The notes beneath the pieces were generated by a model, which worked only from the letters and a program-made list of their open reading frames with translations, did no database searches and was not told the origin of the DNA. A stretch of DNA of 64,000 bases, taken from assembly GCF_009914755.1 (NCBI RefSeq), contig NC_060925.1. One strand, 5' to 3'. Made by a program: the position numbers and the translations under genes. The first letter of the stretch is position 1. The number at the start of each line of letters is the position of its first letter. This document shows, piece after piece, positions 1 to 13,030 of this stretch. The stretch is from the human T2T-CHM13v2.0 reference genome, Homo sapiens.

Positions 1-893
1 GAAGGAGAAAGCAGAAACTATTAATAATAACACTGGGACAACAGGTGTAAACTACAACTGTCCCAGGTAATTGGAAACATCAGTCACCCTAGACTTAGAA
101 AGGAAGTCATGGAAGGGAGTGACTCCTGAGCTAAAACTAAAACCATATGGAATAATCAAGCAGGCAAAGTGGACTGAAAAGACGTCATAAGCAAATGCAA
201 GAGCTTAAACAAATGTTTGAAGGACAGAACATTCAAGCTTGGAAGAGAATTAGAAAAAGTATTAAGAACTAAGACAAACTAAATAATATAGCTAAATCAT
301 TACATATATTATTATGTGTAATACATATGATAACTATATTATATTATGGTACACTTTATCTCCAATATTCCTCAAAGTATAATCAAAAGACTACTGTATC
401 TCATATCTGAGGAGTATATCCACAATGCAATTTCATGAATCCCAGCCCAGATGAAAATTAAGTAAGAATTCTAAAATAAGGCCTAAGTATCTACAGTTGG
501 TAATCTTCATGTACAGCAAAATTTGAGATGGAAAACCATTATAAAGTTTTAAGCAGAAGAGGGACAGATTTGCAATTTCTATTAGACACTTTCACAGGAT
601 GATTAGCAGGAGAACAAAACTGAAGGATGCTGTAGCAGGATACCAAGCAAAAGGTGCTAAGTTTACCAAGTCAATAGTAAAAAAATATAGAGATAAGAAA
701 ATCAGGAACAGCACAAAATGTTATACTGTTTTCAGATATCATCTCAAATAGTTCTACATCATGGAAAATATAACTACATGAGAAACCATTTTAACCAAAA
801 ATCATTTCACGTGTTTAAATTTCTTTCCATTTGCCTTTCTTTTCAAAGAGTTTCAATATACTCTACTATAAAAACTCTAAATTATGAAATTAC

Positions 894-1005
894 CTGTCAT
901 ATAAATTAGAATATTGCTTCTGTCATCAGAAAGAAGACGTTTTGACCGAGGAGTACTAGGTGGGATCCTCCCAGTTAATACCCGTAAAAAATTCTCCACA
1001 GTTAC
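894..1005 (-). CDS. PIGK: PIGK exon 5 (VTVENFLRVLTGRIPPSTPRSKRLLSDDRSNILIYMTG); the gene continues beyond the left edge
   Basis: ttag|GTA acceptor, ACAG|gtaatt donor; 112 nt; ends at Gly163 immediately before catalytic His164. Confidence 0.97.
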
Positions 1006-1234
1006 CTAAGGGGGAAAAAACAAGAAAAATCAGATGAAATAAAACCTGGGAAATCTTGACAAATTACTTTTTACTTTCAAAAATGTTCATTGTTCTTTCT
1101 CCATATATTACTCAGCACCAACTGAAAATAAAACACCCAAAAATTATATAACTCAATTAAAATATATTCATTTAAACATATACCTCCAAGTAACTTTGTT
1201 ACTATTTTTAAAAGTACTAAAAACTAACAAAGAA

Positions 1235-1540
1235 GGCAGGCCATGGTGGCTCATGCCTATCAACTCAGCACTTTGTGAGGCAAGGCAAGAGGACTGCTTG
1301 TGGGCAGGAGTTCAAGATCAGCCTAAGCAACATAGTGAGACCCCATTTCTATGCACACACACAAAAAATGTTTAAAATAGCCAGGTATGGTAACATGCTC
1401 CTGTAGTTCTAGCTACTCAGAAGGCTGAGGCAGAAGGCTCATTTGAGCCCAGGAGTTCACCACTGCACTCCAGCCTGGGCAAGAGAGCAAGACTATGTCT
1501 CTTAGAAAAAAACAAAAAACAAAAACAAGCAAAGTAAAAC
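1235..1540 (+). mobile_element. Alu (AluJ-type) with a short deletion in the right arm
   Basis: Alu dimer with A-rich tail; right arm jumps from GGAGTTCA to CCACTGCACTCC. Confidence 0.9.
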
Positions 1541-1636
1541 TACCTTGGAGAAAAATAAGTTCTGAATTTAAAACTTTAAATGCTATGTGAAGTGCTGCCT
1601 TTAAAAACTACTAAAAAGCTGCAAAATTATTTATCT

Positions 1637-1940
1637 GGCTGGGCATGATGGCTCACACCTGTAATTCCAACTTCTCAGGAGGCTGAGGCAGGAGGATCAC
1701 CTGAGGCCAAGTGTTCAAAAACAGCCTGGACAACCTAGTAAGACCCCCATCTCTGGAAAAATAAAATAAATTAGCCAGGCAAGGTGGTGCACACCTGTAG
1801 TCCCTGCTACTCAGGAGGCTGAGGCAGGAGGATCACTTGAGCCCAGGAGTTCAAGGCTGCAGTGAGCTATGACATGGCCACTATACTCCTACCTGGGTGA
1901 CAGAGCAAGACTCCAGCTCTAGCAAAATAAAAAATAAAAA
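1637..1940 (+). mobile_element. Alu (AluJ-type)
   Basis: Full dimer; GAGGATCACTTGAGCCCAGGAG diagnostic; TSD-like AAAATTATT on both sides. Confidence 0.92.
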
Positions 1941-2079
1941 TTATTAATCCCTCTGCATAGGCAATTCTGTGGGAAGATACAAAATATAAGAATTTTTAAA
2001 TAAATTCAACTACATTATTGCAGCTAATCTGTACAACTACTTAGTCAATTATAGATTAACCATGAAATAAAATAGTTCC

Positions 2080-2206
2080 ATGTTCACTACCTGGGTGACA
2101 GGCTCAATCATACCCCAAACCTCAGCATCACACAATATACCTTTGTAACAAACCTGCACATATATCCCCTGAATTTAAAATAAAGGTTGAAAAAGAAAAA
2201 AAAAAA
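2080..2206 (+). mobile_element. Heavily 5'-truncated L1 3' end (L1PB/late L1PA-like)
   Basis: CAAACCTCAGCATCACACAATATAC...AACAAACCTGCACAT...AATAAA + poly(A); flanked by AGTTCCAT direct repeat. Confidence 0.85.
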
Positions 2207-3434
2207 GTTCCATATATATTTCCCCAAAATTACGTATCTTTAATTTTTGAATGCACTTTGTTGCTCAGATTTTGTTAGTGGTATCTTTAACATGTAAAAA
2301 ATTCATAACACTTTAAACGAGATTTTCCCAATCTAGAATTTCTATCCCTCTGGGATTCTTTGAAGGCATATTTAAAGTTATAGAGAGTAAAACACTGATT
2401 TAAAGCCAACAGCTGAGTCATATATTATGCATATCTACATTTAAAAAGTAGAAAATCTATCCAGTTTTCTTGTTCAACTATTTCCTAGAACATGAGTGTA
2501 TAAATTGTATGTATACACATTTGTGCGTGTGTAAACTGTTTGATTTACATTTTTCCTGCAAGACAGCAAAATGCTAATTGTTTTAACAGGAATTCTTGTT
2601 GGCCAACAAGGAAGGAAAATGTTTGGCCTATATTTTCCTAAAATATGACTAAATAAACAAGTAAAAGGTTAAACATACATATTTAATTCAATGAGCCAAC
2701 ATTTTTGAGTGCCTAACACCAGGCTCTAGGTACTTGCCAGCTATATGATACATGAGACACAGGCCCTCTTAGCTTACAGTCTAGGAGGAGATAGATATGC
2801 TTTTAAAATTGCTTCAAAAGTGGTCTAGGAACACACAGGAAATTGTGTCTTACTTTTGGTAGGCTTGGTAAAAGGGGAAGGATTATCTAAGAAGACTTCA
2901 TAAAAGAAGACTTCAAATATTAAGCGTATTCACAATCTTTTATATTTAAAATGAAGTTTCAAAGGGAGAAAATAGAGTATAATACCATTTTTTACATTTA
3001 CATTTTTATTTCTTATCACATATTCATAAAAAACACTGGAAGTATATTGAAACTATAGTCACTATAGTTTTTCCACAATTAATACAATTACTAAAACTAA
3101 TAAACTTGGAATTTTAGGTCAAATATGAAAAATACACATTTACTATAAAATATATTTACTGTAAAAGAAAGTTGACACAGGAAAACTCACTATAATACTC
3201 TAACATTGAAGCCAATATAAAGTTTTTCTGTCCTAGATAAAAACATAAAATGTTCATGTTTTAATATTTTACTTATATATCATTGCCTTAATATGAACTT
3301 CAGAGAAGTTACATCAAGGCTTCAGTGACAATTAAATTTAAAGAAAAATAATAAGACAATTTTATTCTGCCATTGTTTTAGAGCCTAAAAGTAACAATGC
3401 CATTTTAAAAATGTGGCTAGATTAAAGAATTTAC

Positions 3435-3570
3435 CTCATAACTTCTATAATCCACTTCCACATCATCTCCATACACATTTAGTTCCATATTCTTGTGACT
3501 AAACACTGTAGCTGGTTTGGGATTTCTAGGATTACAGGCCATATCATCTGCAAGCATTAGGACAATGTGA
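3435..3570 (-). CDS. PIGK: PIGK exon 4 ([45 protein letters not shown]), includes Cys92 that is disulfide-linked to PIGT
   Basis: T-rich tract, ctag|T acceptor, GAG|gtaaat donor; 136 nt; frame continuous with exon 3; matches ORF 3417..3629. Confidence 0.98.
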
Positions 3571-3700
3571 CTAGGGAAAAAAAATCCAGTAAATATATAA
3601 TTTAGATAAAAGGAAAAAGTTAAACACAAATTTATTTATATCATGTAGCTACTGTGTTCATTTTTCTCCTCCTTAAAAAAAAATTTTCAACTACATAGTT

Positions 3701-3873
3701 GAAGGCAATTTAATTATTTTTTTCATATCCTTGTGTACTATATATTTTAAAGTAGAGAAATTAGTGCAATCTGGCATAAAGTTATGAAGGCACTTTAATT
3801 ATTTTTTTCATATCCTTGTGTGCGATACATTTTAAAGTAGAGAAATTGGCGCAATCTGGCATAAACTTATGAA
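3701..3873. repeat. Tandem duplication, two ~85-bp copies
   Basis: GAAGGCA.TTTAATTATTTTTTCATATCCTTGTGT...GCAATCTGGCATAAA.TTAT starts at 3701 and again at 3786. Confidence 0.95.
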
Positions 3874-4149
3874 CAGAATTTCAAGTTACAATGTTTTTCT
3901 GAACAATGTATACTTTATGCCACATAGCAAAGGGAAGCTAAAGAAACTGTCTTCCTTAAGCATCAAAAATATTTTTTAGTAAAATTTTACATTCTCAAGA
4001 CTTACAGAGTCCACGTTAAACTATGATGTCCCAAAGAATTTAACTTTCAGAATCCCAAATGCTTGAGTATAAAAACATGCAACTGATCAGCAAGTACAAT
4101 CAGTTTAGCACAAGAGCACACCTCCAAGCCAATCACTCCTCACAAGATC

Positions 4150-4830
4150 CACAAATCCACTCCATTTCCCTAACACCAGCAACCACCATCTTCTGGCTAG
4201 ATGCTGGAATAGCTCCCTACCTGGCATCCTGCTTCTACTCTCACCCTCTTTCAGTTCATTCTCCTAATAGCCCCCAGAGTGATCTTCCTTAAATAAGTCA
4301 AATTATTAAATGTTCCCACTTAAAAGTTTCCAAGGACTCCCCATTATATCTTTTTTTATTTTTATTTTTGTTCACCTGCAGTTCCATGCATCCCCATTGC
4401 ATTTAGAGAGAAACTGCAACTCCTTACATCATCTAAAAGGCTCATATAATCTGGTCTCTGTCTCTCCAACTTCAGCCTCTACCACCCACATTCTCTATGC
4501 TACCTCCACACTGGCCTTTCTGTTCTTAGAATATGCCAAGCCTTTCCCACTTAAGTGGCTACTGACCAAATTTAGACTTCACTCCTCCCAGATCTTCATA
4601 TAATTCCAGCCTTAGCTATGGTACTCTATCTTATTGTGTGTTTTATTTTCTTCAGGACATCTATGAATCTGAAATCCCCATCATCTCCTATCACCACCAC
4701 CCCCATTAGGATATAAGCTCTCTGAGGGCAGGAGCTATATCTGTCCTGTTCACCACTGTATCACTCATACTACATACTAGGGCCTGACATACAGTATGTA
4801 CTCAGTAAATAATTTTAAGTGAATGAAATG
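4150..4830 (+). mobile_element. L2 3' fragment
   Basis: TAAGCTCTCTGAGGGCAGG...TGTTCACCACTGTATC...CAGTAAATA...TGAATGAA is the L2 3' terminus. Confidence 0.75.
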
Positions 4831-5329
4831 TTTTAATTTTTGCATATAATTTCTTTAGAAGGAAATAAAATCTCTCTTTGATACTTCTCATCTTCACTCT
4901 ACCATTAAAACTGGTGAGTAACAATCAGGAAATTCTCCATTCTACCATATCTTGAGTTTCCCAAGCATAAGGGAAAAATTAATGTGGCATACGTAATTAG
5001 TTTGGCAGGAGACAGCAAGAAGAAAATGTTCTGCTACATATGTTCCAAATACATTAAAGTTCAAAACTGAAACATTATTTTTCTTGAAAATTGGCTAGAT
5101 TTCTACTTTGAAAGTGTTCCAACCCTGTCACGTTCAAAGATCAGATCTTCAGCTGTTACTGATTCATTTTCACAGAATAGTGAGTCATTCCTCTTAAAAC
5201 AGAAAATACATCTTCTCTTTTTTAAAACTTGAGATCATTAATTTACATTAAATAAATATCAATCATATATTCCTTTGTTAAACAACACTGAATTGACCTC
5301 CAAATGGCAATATAAAAATGAATATTTCT

Positions 5330-5661
<332 letters not shown>

Positions 5662-6822
5662 CTATGTTTTCTGTTTAGGGTTAATTTCACTCTGTGAAAC
5701 TAAATAATTATTCAATAGCTATATAATGTCAATATCAATCAGAAAGAAGTACTAACTTCAACTTAAAATCATAAATGTAATCAACATTTCTCTTAGAGAT
5801 AATTTTAAGCCTCAATATAAGTACTATGACCTGTTAACATAATCAATATATTATAAAACACTGTACTTGGAATAATACGGAAAAAGAGAAGTTGGGAAAC
5901 AGAATGGATTTCAAACGTTTTGAAGTCCAACCACATATTCTAATTCACTGTTTCTAAAACTTAAGAAATGTACAGAACTCTTTTCTAGAGAAAAAAATAA
6001 TTCTCATTTGATCCAAGTGTTAAATTATTTATATAACAGTACTTAAGCATATAAATGCAAACAAACTACGTAGGCTTATAGTTCTTACAAAACTATGAAA
6101 TCAAGAGAAAATTATAAATTAAATTCTAACAAAACTAGCAAACTAATAATACCCTAAAAACATTAATCCCATTGAAGATGACATTATTTTCCAAAAACTA
6201 AATGCCTGCTGCTGTGTTTAACAGAAGAGCTTCAAGTCTGGTTCTACATTTAATTTTTTTTTTTTTTTTTTTTGTATTTTGACATCCTTAATTGTTTAAG
6301 CAAACTAAAACGGCCTGATAAGGACTCCATACTTCCATATTTGAGTCCTGGTGGACAAACCACAACCTAACTTAATAGGTAGACAAGATTGAAAACCCAA
6401 TTTAGGAGTATGCACCTGTAACAATGACTGAGTCTTGGCCAATCCCAGCAGCCATACTTCAACCACCCATATACTGCCAAGTGCTCAAACTGTGTTCAAA
6501 TAAGTAAAATGCCAACCTGTAACCAATCCAGTTGTTTCTGTATCTCACTTCCAATTTCTGTACCTCACTTCGCTTTTTTTGTCTCTAATCTTCTTCCACC
6601 ATGTGGCTGCATTGGAGTCTCTCTGAATCTGCTGTGATTCTGGGGGCTTGCCAATTAGTGAATTGACAGCAACTGACCTGGGTGCAGGATCAAATTTGAT
6701 CCAGTAATTAACTGACTTGAATCCAGTTAGAGGCTTCTTACATCTGAATGGGTCAGAAAGAAACTGGTAGTAAGTGGTAATATTGCAGGGGCTATAAAAT
6801 TTGGCTTTTAAAAATTCGCAGG

Positions 6823-7198
<376 letters not shown>

Positions 7199-10100
7199 TC
7201 ATTGGCTAAGTTAATCAAGGGAACCCAAGAGCAAAGCCAATATTTTTGGTAAAAATGAGATTCTTAATTTCTGAAGAACTGAGTTCCTTCTGGCTTATAC
7301 ATGCATAAATAAGTGTTAGGCCCCAGAAGCAGTGAAGTCTTACAGAAATGGTGAGATCTTACTAAAGATAACTTACAATAGAACATTCCAAATGAACAAC
7401 GCAGTGAAATGCATTTAAAACAATGAGGCTCCCAAATTAGTCTCATCTACGGATGCCTACTGATATGCAGAAACTTCTAAAAAGATTTCAATATTTTTAT
7501 TTAAAGCACACATATTTTACTCTGGCCAGAATGGAAAATATTAGAATTCGGGTCCCCCATACAACTGGTTGGGCAGCAACTTGCAAAATTGAGATAATTT
7601 TGCCTGTGGTTCCATTATTTTCCTTTGTGATGCAGTTTGGCCCCCAGAACTATGGTGTGGTAAGCAGGGTCACTGAGGCTACTCAGGGAAGGGGAACCCA
7701 GAAACCTGACAAGCCAGCAAAAGGGCAAGAATTTCTTACCAGACTTCTGGCCTCTCTCTGTGCAAACTGGTTAAATGAATGGTAAAAATCACTGTTTAGT
7801 TCCTCTGTAAAGTTTTAATTAATGCAAAAAAAGGATTCTGAGGCTATTCTTAAGCTGTAGCAAATTTGGTGTCCTTGTCTTTCTGTATGGTTCTGTTATA
7901 AAGAGTACTTTAGGAATATAACATAGGCTTAGGACCCCATAAGCTCACTATTAAAGACGGCCCAGCAAGCTGGTCAATAACAAACGTTGCTGCAGTTCCC
8001 TGAAACAAACAAAAAAACTGCCTGAGGTCTCCATCTTGTTTTGTCCTTGGGAGCTTAACTGTGTAACCATGTGGTGGTACTTTCTCTTAGTCTCCGCCTT
8101 CCAGGGAAAAGGAATTTTGGGGTTCATGTCATAGCTAGCTCCGAAAATTATCTTGAGCAGTTAAAAGCCTTTGCAAACTCAAAATTGACTGCTCTAGACT
8201 TCTAGGAAGAGCAATGGAAGCTATCCAATATAGCTCAGTAGCTAAGGCCTTGCCTTTTTACAATGGTGGCCTGAGTTCAATTCCTGGCTTAGGGAACGAG
8301 TCCTTTCTGGTTTGATATCTGTATGAAACTTACCATCTGTTGATTCTCTTCCCCTCCATAAACTGTATTACAATTTTCTTTCTCTAAGCGAGAAATATTG
8401 GCTGTTTGGCCTGGCTAAAGTGGGGTAGTAAGAAATTTAAAAGGACTTTTATAGAGGGCTAGAGTTAAAAGTCAGCTTAATTAAAAGTGGATATTCAAGC
8501 TCTAACAGCCTGGGACTCCTTGGGAAAAGCAGAGGAGGCACCACACACCGTGTTTTGGGAAAAACCTCTGTTTTCCTCAAGAAACCTCAGGAATTAAAAG
8601 TGGATAGATCCCTCTCAAAATCTAAGACTCTGTTCTGTTTTGTATTGCTTTATCTGATGTTTCCGACTTTGGGGAGTATCGGAAATGACTTTGCATCACA
8701 AGACAGCTTTGGTGTGTAATAATCAGGTAGGAAATATACTTTTAGGGATAGCTAATGGCAGTTATGGGGAGATACTCAGCTCTGCACATTTGGATCAGAG
8801 AAAGCATGCTCTTGGCCACCTAGAAGTTATGGAAATGTCCCCACCCACCACTAAGAGATAAGACACCCATGGGAGCTTGGCTGATTCCCCCTTTATGGGA
8901 TCCAGGATCTGATATAAAAATGAGAATGAGACCCTTAATTTCTGAGATCTATTTTTCCTTCCAGCTGTGCCTGCTTATTATATTAATCTGTAGAAACTGC
9001 ATGTTCCTGGCCCTGTTCCTCCAAGGACTCCACTCTAAAGCCAGTATCCGATTAAAAACCTTAAAAACTGGCAAATAAAAAATCTTACAACTACTGGATC
9101 TTCTTCTGTCTGTCTATCTGTATAGTTATGTATGCGTTCTGTGTGTGATGTTTCTATAAAAGAGCTCTAATTAATTGGCTTGAAGAAAAATAGGACCTTA
9201 AATCAAATATTTGAAAGAAGAAACCATAAAGCTTTTTAGTTCACGTAACTTTAGTAATCTTTGGGAAATAAAAAATTTTAAAGATTATTGGTAAAATAAA
9301 GACATTTGTTCTTAATCAGGCAGGTCAGATATTAGGTTTGCTAAATGCTTTAAGGTCATAAACTGCTTTGACTTTTGAAAATTGTTCAATTTACCTATCT
9401 TGGAAATGATAGATTCTAGATAAGGCCTGGGGAAATGTGGAATCAGCCACGTCCTCTAGCTATGCAAAGAAGGTTATAAAGAAAAGAGATTTTATATAAG
9501 AAAGGATCCTGTATGGTAAATTCTTGTCCTGAAGTAAAATAACTGGTTGGTTAAAAACAGGGATGCTTAGGACAAGTCAGAAAGTCCAAGCATGACGTAG
9601 GTGGTCTGTGTAAGTCATGAAAGGATTCATGAAAGGAAATTTATGCACCAAAAGTAAACGTTGCTAAGAGTTACTATTATAACATGTAATTGAGACTACT
9701 GAAATAACAGTTTTACATGCAAGGTGTATAAGGAAAGTAAAATTTGTTTTTGGTAAAAAAAAATTATAAGAAAGCATGAGAATGTAAATTTTTGCCTAGT
9801 GTAGAGGGTTAACAGATTGTTTTAAATTAGATAAGACAAAGCTAAATGTTGAGCAAGTTGTGGAAGGTTTGTAAAAATTAATTGTAAAAGAGATTCTGTG
9901 TGTAAACATATTGGCTACAGTTAAAGGGATATTATTCAGTTTTTACATAAAGTGAACATTTAAAAAAAAGCACAATAGGTTTTTCTTAGAGCACTGATCT
10001 GCTCTTTAACAAAAATTCTAAAGAGTTATAAAAGGTTTGTAAGAATCTCACCTTATGGCCAAACTGATTAAGATTGATAAATTTTTCTATAAAGTTTTAT

Positions 10101-11412
10101 TAAAAATTGAGGTTGACATTAATAGTAGACTTATGAAAGGGTGAAATTTGGCTCTCCCTGAACAAGATTTTCATGTAATATTAAAGGATAATAAAAAAAT
10201 TTTGTTTGCCTTTTGAATAAACTAGGAAAAAAAGAAGGGAAAGACAAAAGACAGATGGTTTGGAAAGCTAAGTCTCCCCTCTATCAATGAGTAAAAGGTT
10301 TTTGCCTTTTTAGAAATTCTTCATCATTTTGGCTAAATGAATGACTATGGTGTCCAGTAATTCTATTTCATATCAAGTGTTTAAAACTCTAACATGTTTG
10401 ATAGGCTTCCTAAAATCAAATTTCAGCTTCAAAATTATCTTTTCTGACCTCTAACTTTGGGATGCTACAGAGGGCCCCTGAAGAATCCAAAAGACAGGTA
10501 AACAGGATTATTTGACATGTTATTTGGGAAGCACTGTAAAAATAAAAAATAATGCTTAACCTTCTTTAGGTTATATTTTAGTGTATGTCATCAATATGTT
10601 CCAATATTGCATGGGATTTCTAAAATTCTAATATGTCTAAGTAATGCTATCAATCATAATTATGGTTATTATGTTATTATAGACCACAGAAATTGTCCTT
10701 GTCAGCTGTGTTTTTAACTATGACTATTTAAAGTCACTTCCAGTTAATTGCTTAATGCTCCTGCAGTTTCTCAAAACTTGACAAGCACACAAAATCCTAG
10801 AATATGGTGTCTTTTAGGAGGTTCATGAAAGGATGGAAAGAACCTGAAAAGCACTCTTGAATACAGGTTCCTGATAACATAAGTCAAATTACCTATGATA
10901 ACCCATCAGTTAGTTATCAGTGCTATACACCTAAATTGGAAAAAACAACTGGCATTCAAGATGACATAAGTCCAATGTCAAGCATGGACTCTTGGAGAAC
11001 CAGAACAGCCACCTTGTCCTTCCTGAGTCCTTAAAGTTTTTGTTATTAAAAGTTATGCATTCCAAAACATCATGGAAAAGAGAAAATAATTCAAATTAAA
11101 TATTGGTGTGGTAACTTACAAATTGCTAAAATAGTTTATAACCAATGTTTGGTTTGTCAAACCCATATTCATGGGAAAACAATCAAAGCTTCAGCTCCAT
11201 TTGGTTACCTGACGGTAACCAGATGGTTGGGCCACTTAAACATTTTATAAAGGGATTTCATTCAATTGTCATTTTCAATGCATGTTTTCTGGTTGTATAA
11301 AAGCTCTCCCATCCAAGTGGGCTGACGTTATAATGTAGACTATTATGCTACAGTGTATTTTCACCAGGTAAAGAAAGCTTTTTATGGTTCACTGAGGACA
11401 GTCAACCCCTTC

Positions 11413-11923
11413 TGTTGGGAATAGGCCCCCAAATCTGCCATAAACTGGCACCAAAACTGGCCATAAACAAAATCTCTGCAGCATTGTGACATGTCTTGAG
11501 ATGGCCATGATGCCCACACTGGAAGGTTGTGGGTTTACCAGAATAAGGGCAAGGAACACCAGGCCCACCCAGGGCAGAAAGCCGCTTAAAGGCGTTCTTA
11601 AACCACAAACAATAGCATGAGCAATCTGTGCCTTAAGGACATGCTCCTGCTGCAGATAACTAGCCAAAGCCCATCCCTTTACTTCGGTCCATCCCTTTGT
11701 TTCCTGTAAGGAATACTTTTAGTTAATCTATAATCTATAAAAACAATGCTTATCACTCCTTGCTCTCAATAAATATGTGGGTAAATCTCTGTTCGAGGCT
11801 CTCAGCTCTGAAGGCTGTGAGACCCCTGATTTCCCACTCCACACCTCTATATTTCTGTGTGTGTGCCTTTAATTCCTCTAGCGCCGCTGAGTTAGGATCT
11901 CCCCGACTGAGCTGGTCTCGGCA
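11413..11923 (+). mobile_element. MER9 (HERV-K HML-3) solo LTR nested in the MER57 provirus
   Basis: TGTTGGGAA.AGGCCCCCAAATCT...GCTGGTCTCGGCA; perfect 6-bp TSD CCCTTC (11407-11412, 11924-11929); AATAAA present. Confidence 0.92.
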
Positions 11924-12479
11924 CCCTTCTGTCTAGAACCCAAAGACTGGATCTTCTGAAAACATCAGAGAAACACTGCCCACACCATCCACACTGCAAC
12001 AAAACTTTGGAACCTTGAACTTTGGATTCATAATCTCACAACTGGGAAAGATTCCTCCACACTCTTAGAACTGTACACCCATTTGGACCCTTAAGGTAAA
12101 GCTAACCAGGAAAGTTTCTCCCCAGAAGAAGATGGCATCTTTTCCCAAGATGACAGCTTTTCCCAAGATCACGAATCAAGACTTCTCTACTATCATGACA
12201 CTCTTATCTTTGAATGTTTTTTCCTTGTTTATGCCTCTATGAACAATAGAAATAAAAAGGGGGTCTCTTGTGTGCACTTTGGGTATACTTTTATTTATGA
12301 AGGATTTTGCAGCCAGTCTTATATACAGATAAACTTATGCCTTGACAGATAAAAAATGAAGGCCCAATGTACACGATAAACTTTAATGGTATATACATTG
12401 CCTCATAATCAGTCAGAAACAGACCATTGGTTCATTCCTCTTAACCCACATCACAGGTTAAAGAGAACATTGCCAGGAG

Positions 12480-13030
12480 GCCTTCATACTTCTAGAAGGG
12501 CATCATTTGTTAGGTCCTTTTTCCATGGTTTGGAGTAAAAACGGCAATGATTAGAAGTGTATCCTTAATGATAGGCTCTATAGCAGATTCTACTGTAATA
12601 TGTATAGTTACACAACAGACTTTAAATTCTCTTATGAAAGGTATGCTAAATAACACAATTGGCTACACAGAAAAGTATCTCTGCAGCTGCTGGCATTTGT
12701 GGTCTAGGAGAAATACATCAAACGTAGATTATAGAGATTCAGTTTTAGGGCATTAACGGAGAGACTGCTTAGTTAAGTGAGTAGACTCTTTATCTAGCTC
12801 ATTCTTTAATCTATTTGATTTTAGGTGATTTGGTTTATGGGGACCCTGGGTAAGGAGCATATTCCAAACTCTTCATATTGTCCTCCTGATAGTCATAATA
12901 ATAGTCTCCTTGGTGCGCTATATTTTCTCAAAGGTTTTAAATGTTTACAAGTCAGCCATCTCTAAAATGTCAAATGGTCTCTCTTCAACTGGAATGACAA
13001 GAGCTGAAAGAAATGTGTGACCATGAGGAC
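12480..13030 (+). pseudogene. Degenerate env (TM-like) remnant of the MER57 provirus
   Basis: ORF 12547..12756 (SLMIGSIADST...QQTLNSL...LNN) resembles a gamma-type TM heptad/ISD region, with a hydrophobic stretch near 12870-12930; sits where env belongs; no intact CX6CC. Confidence 0.5.
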
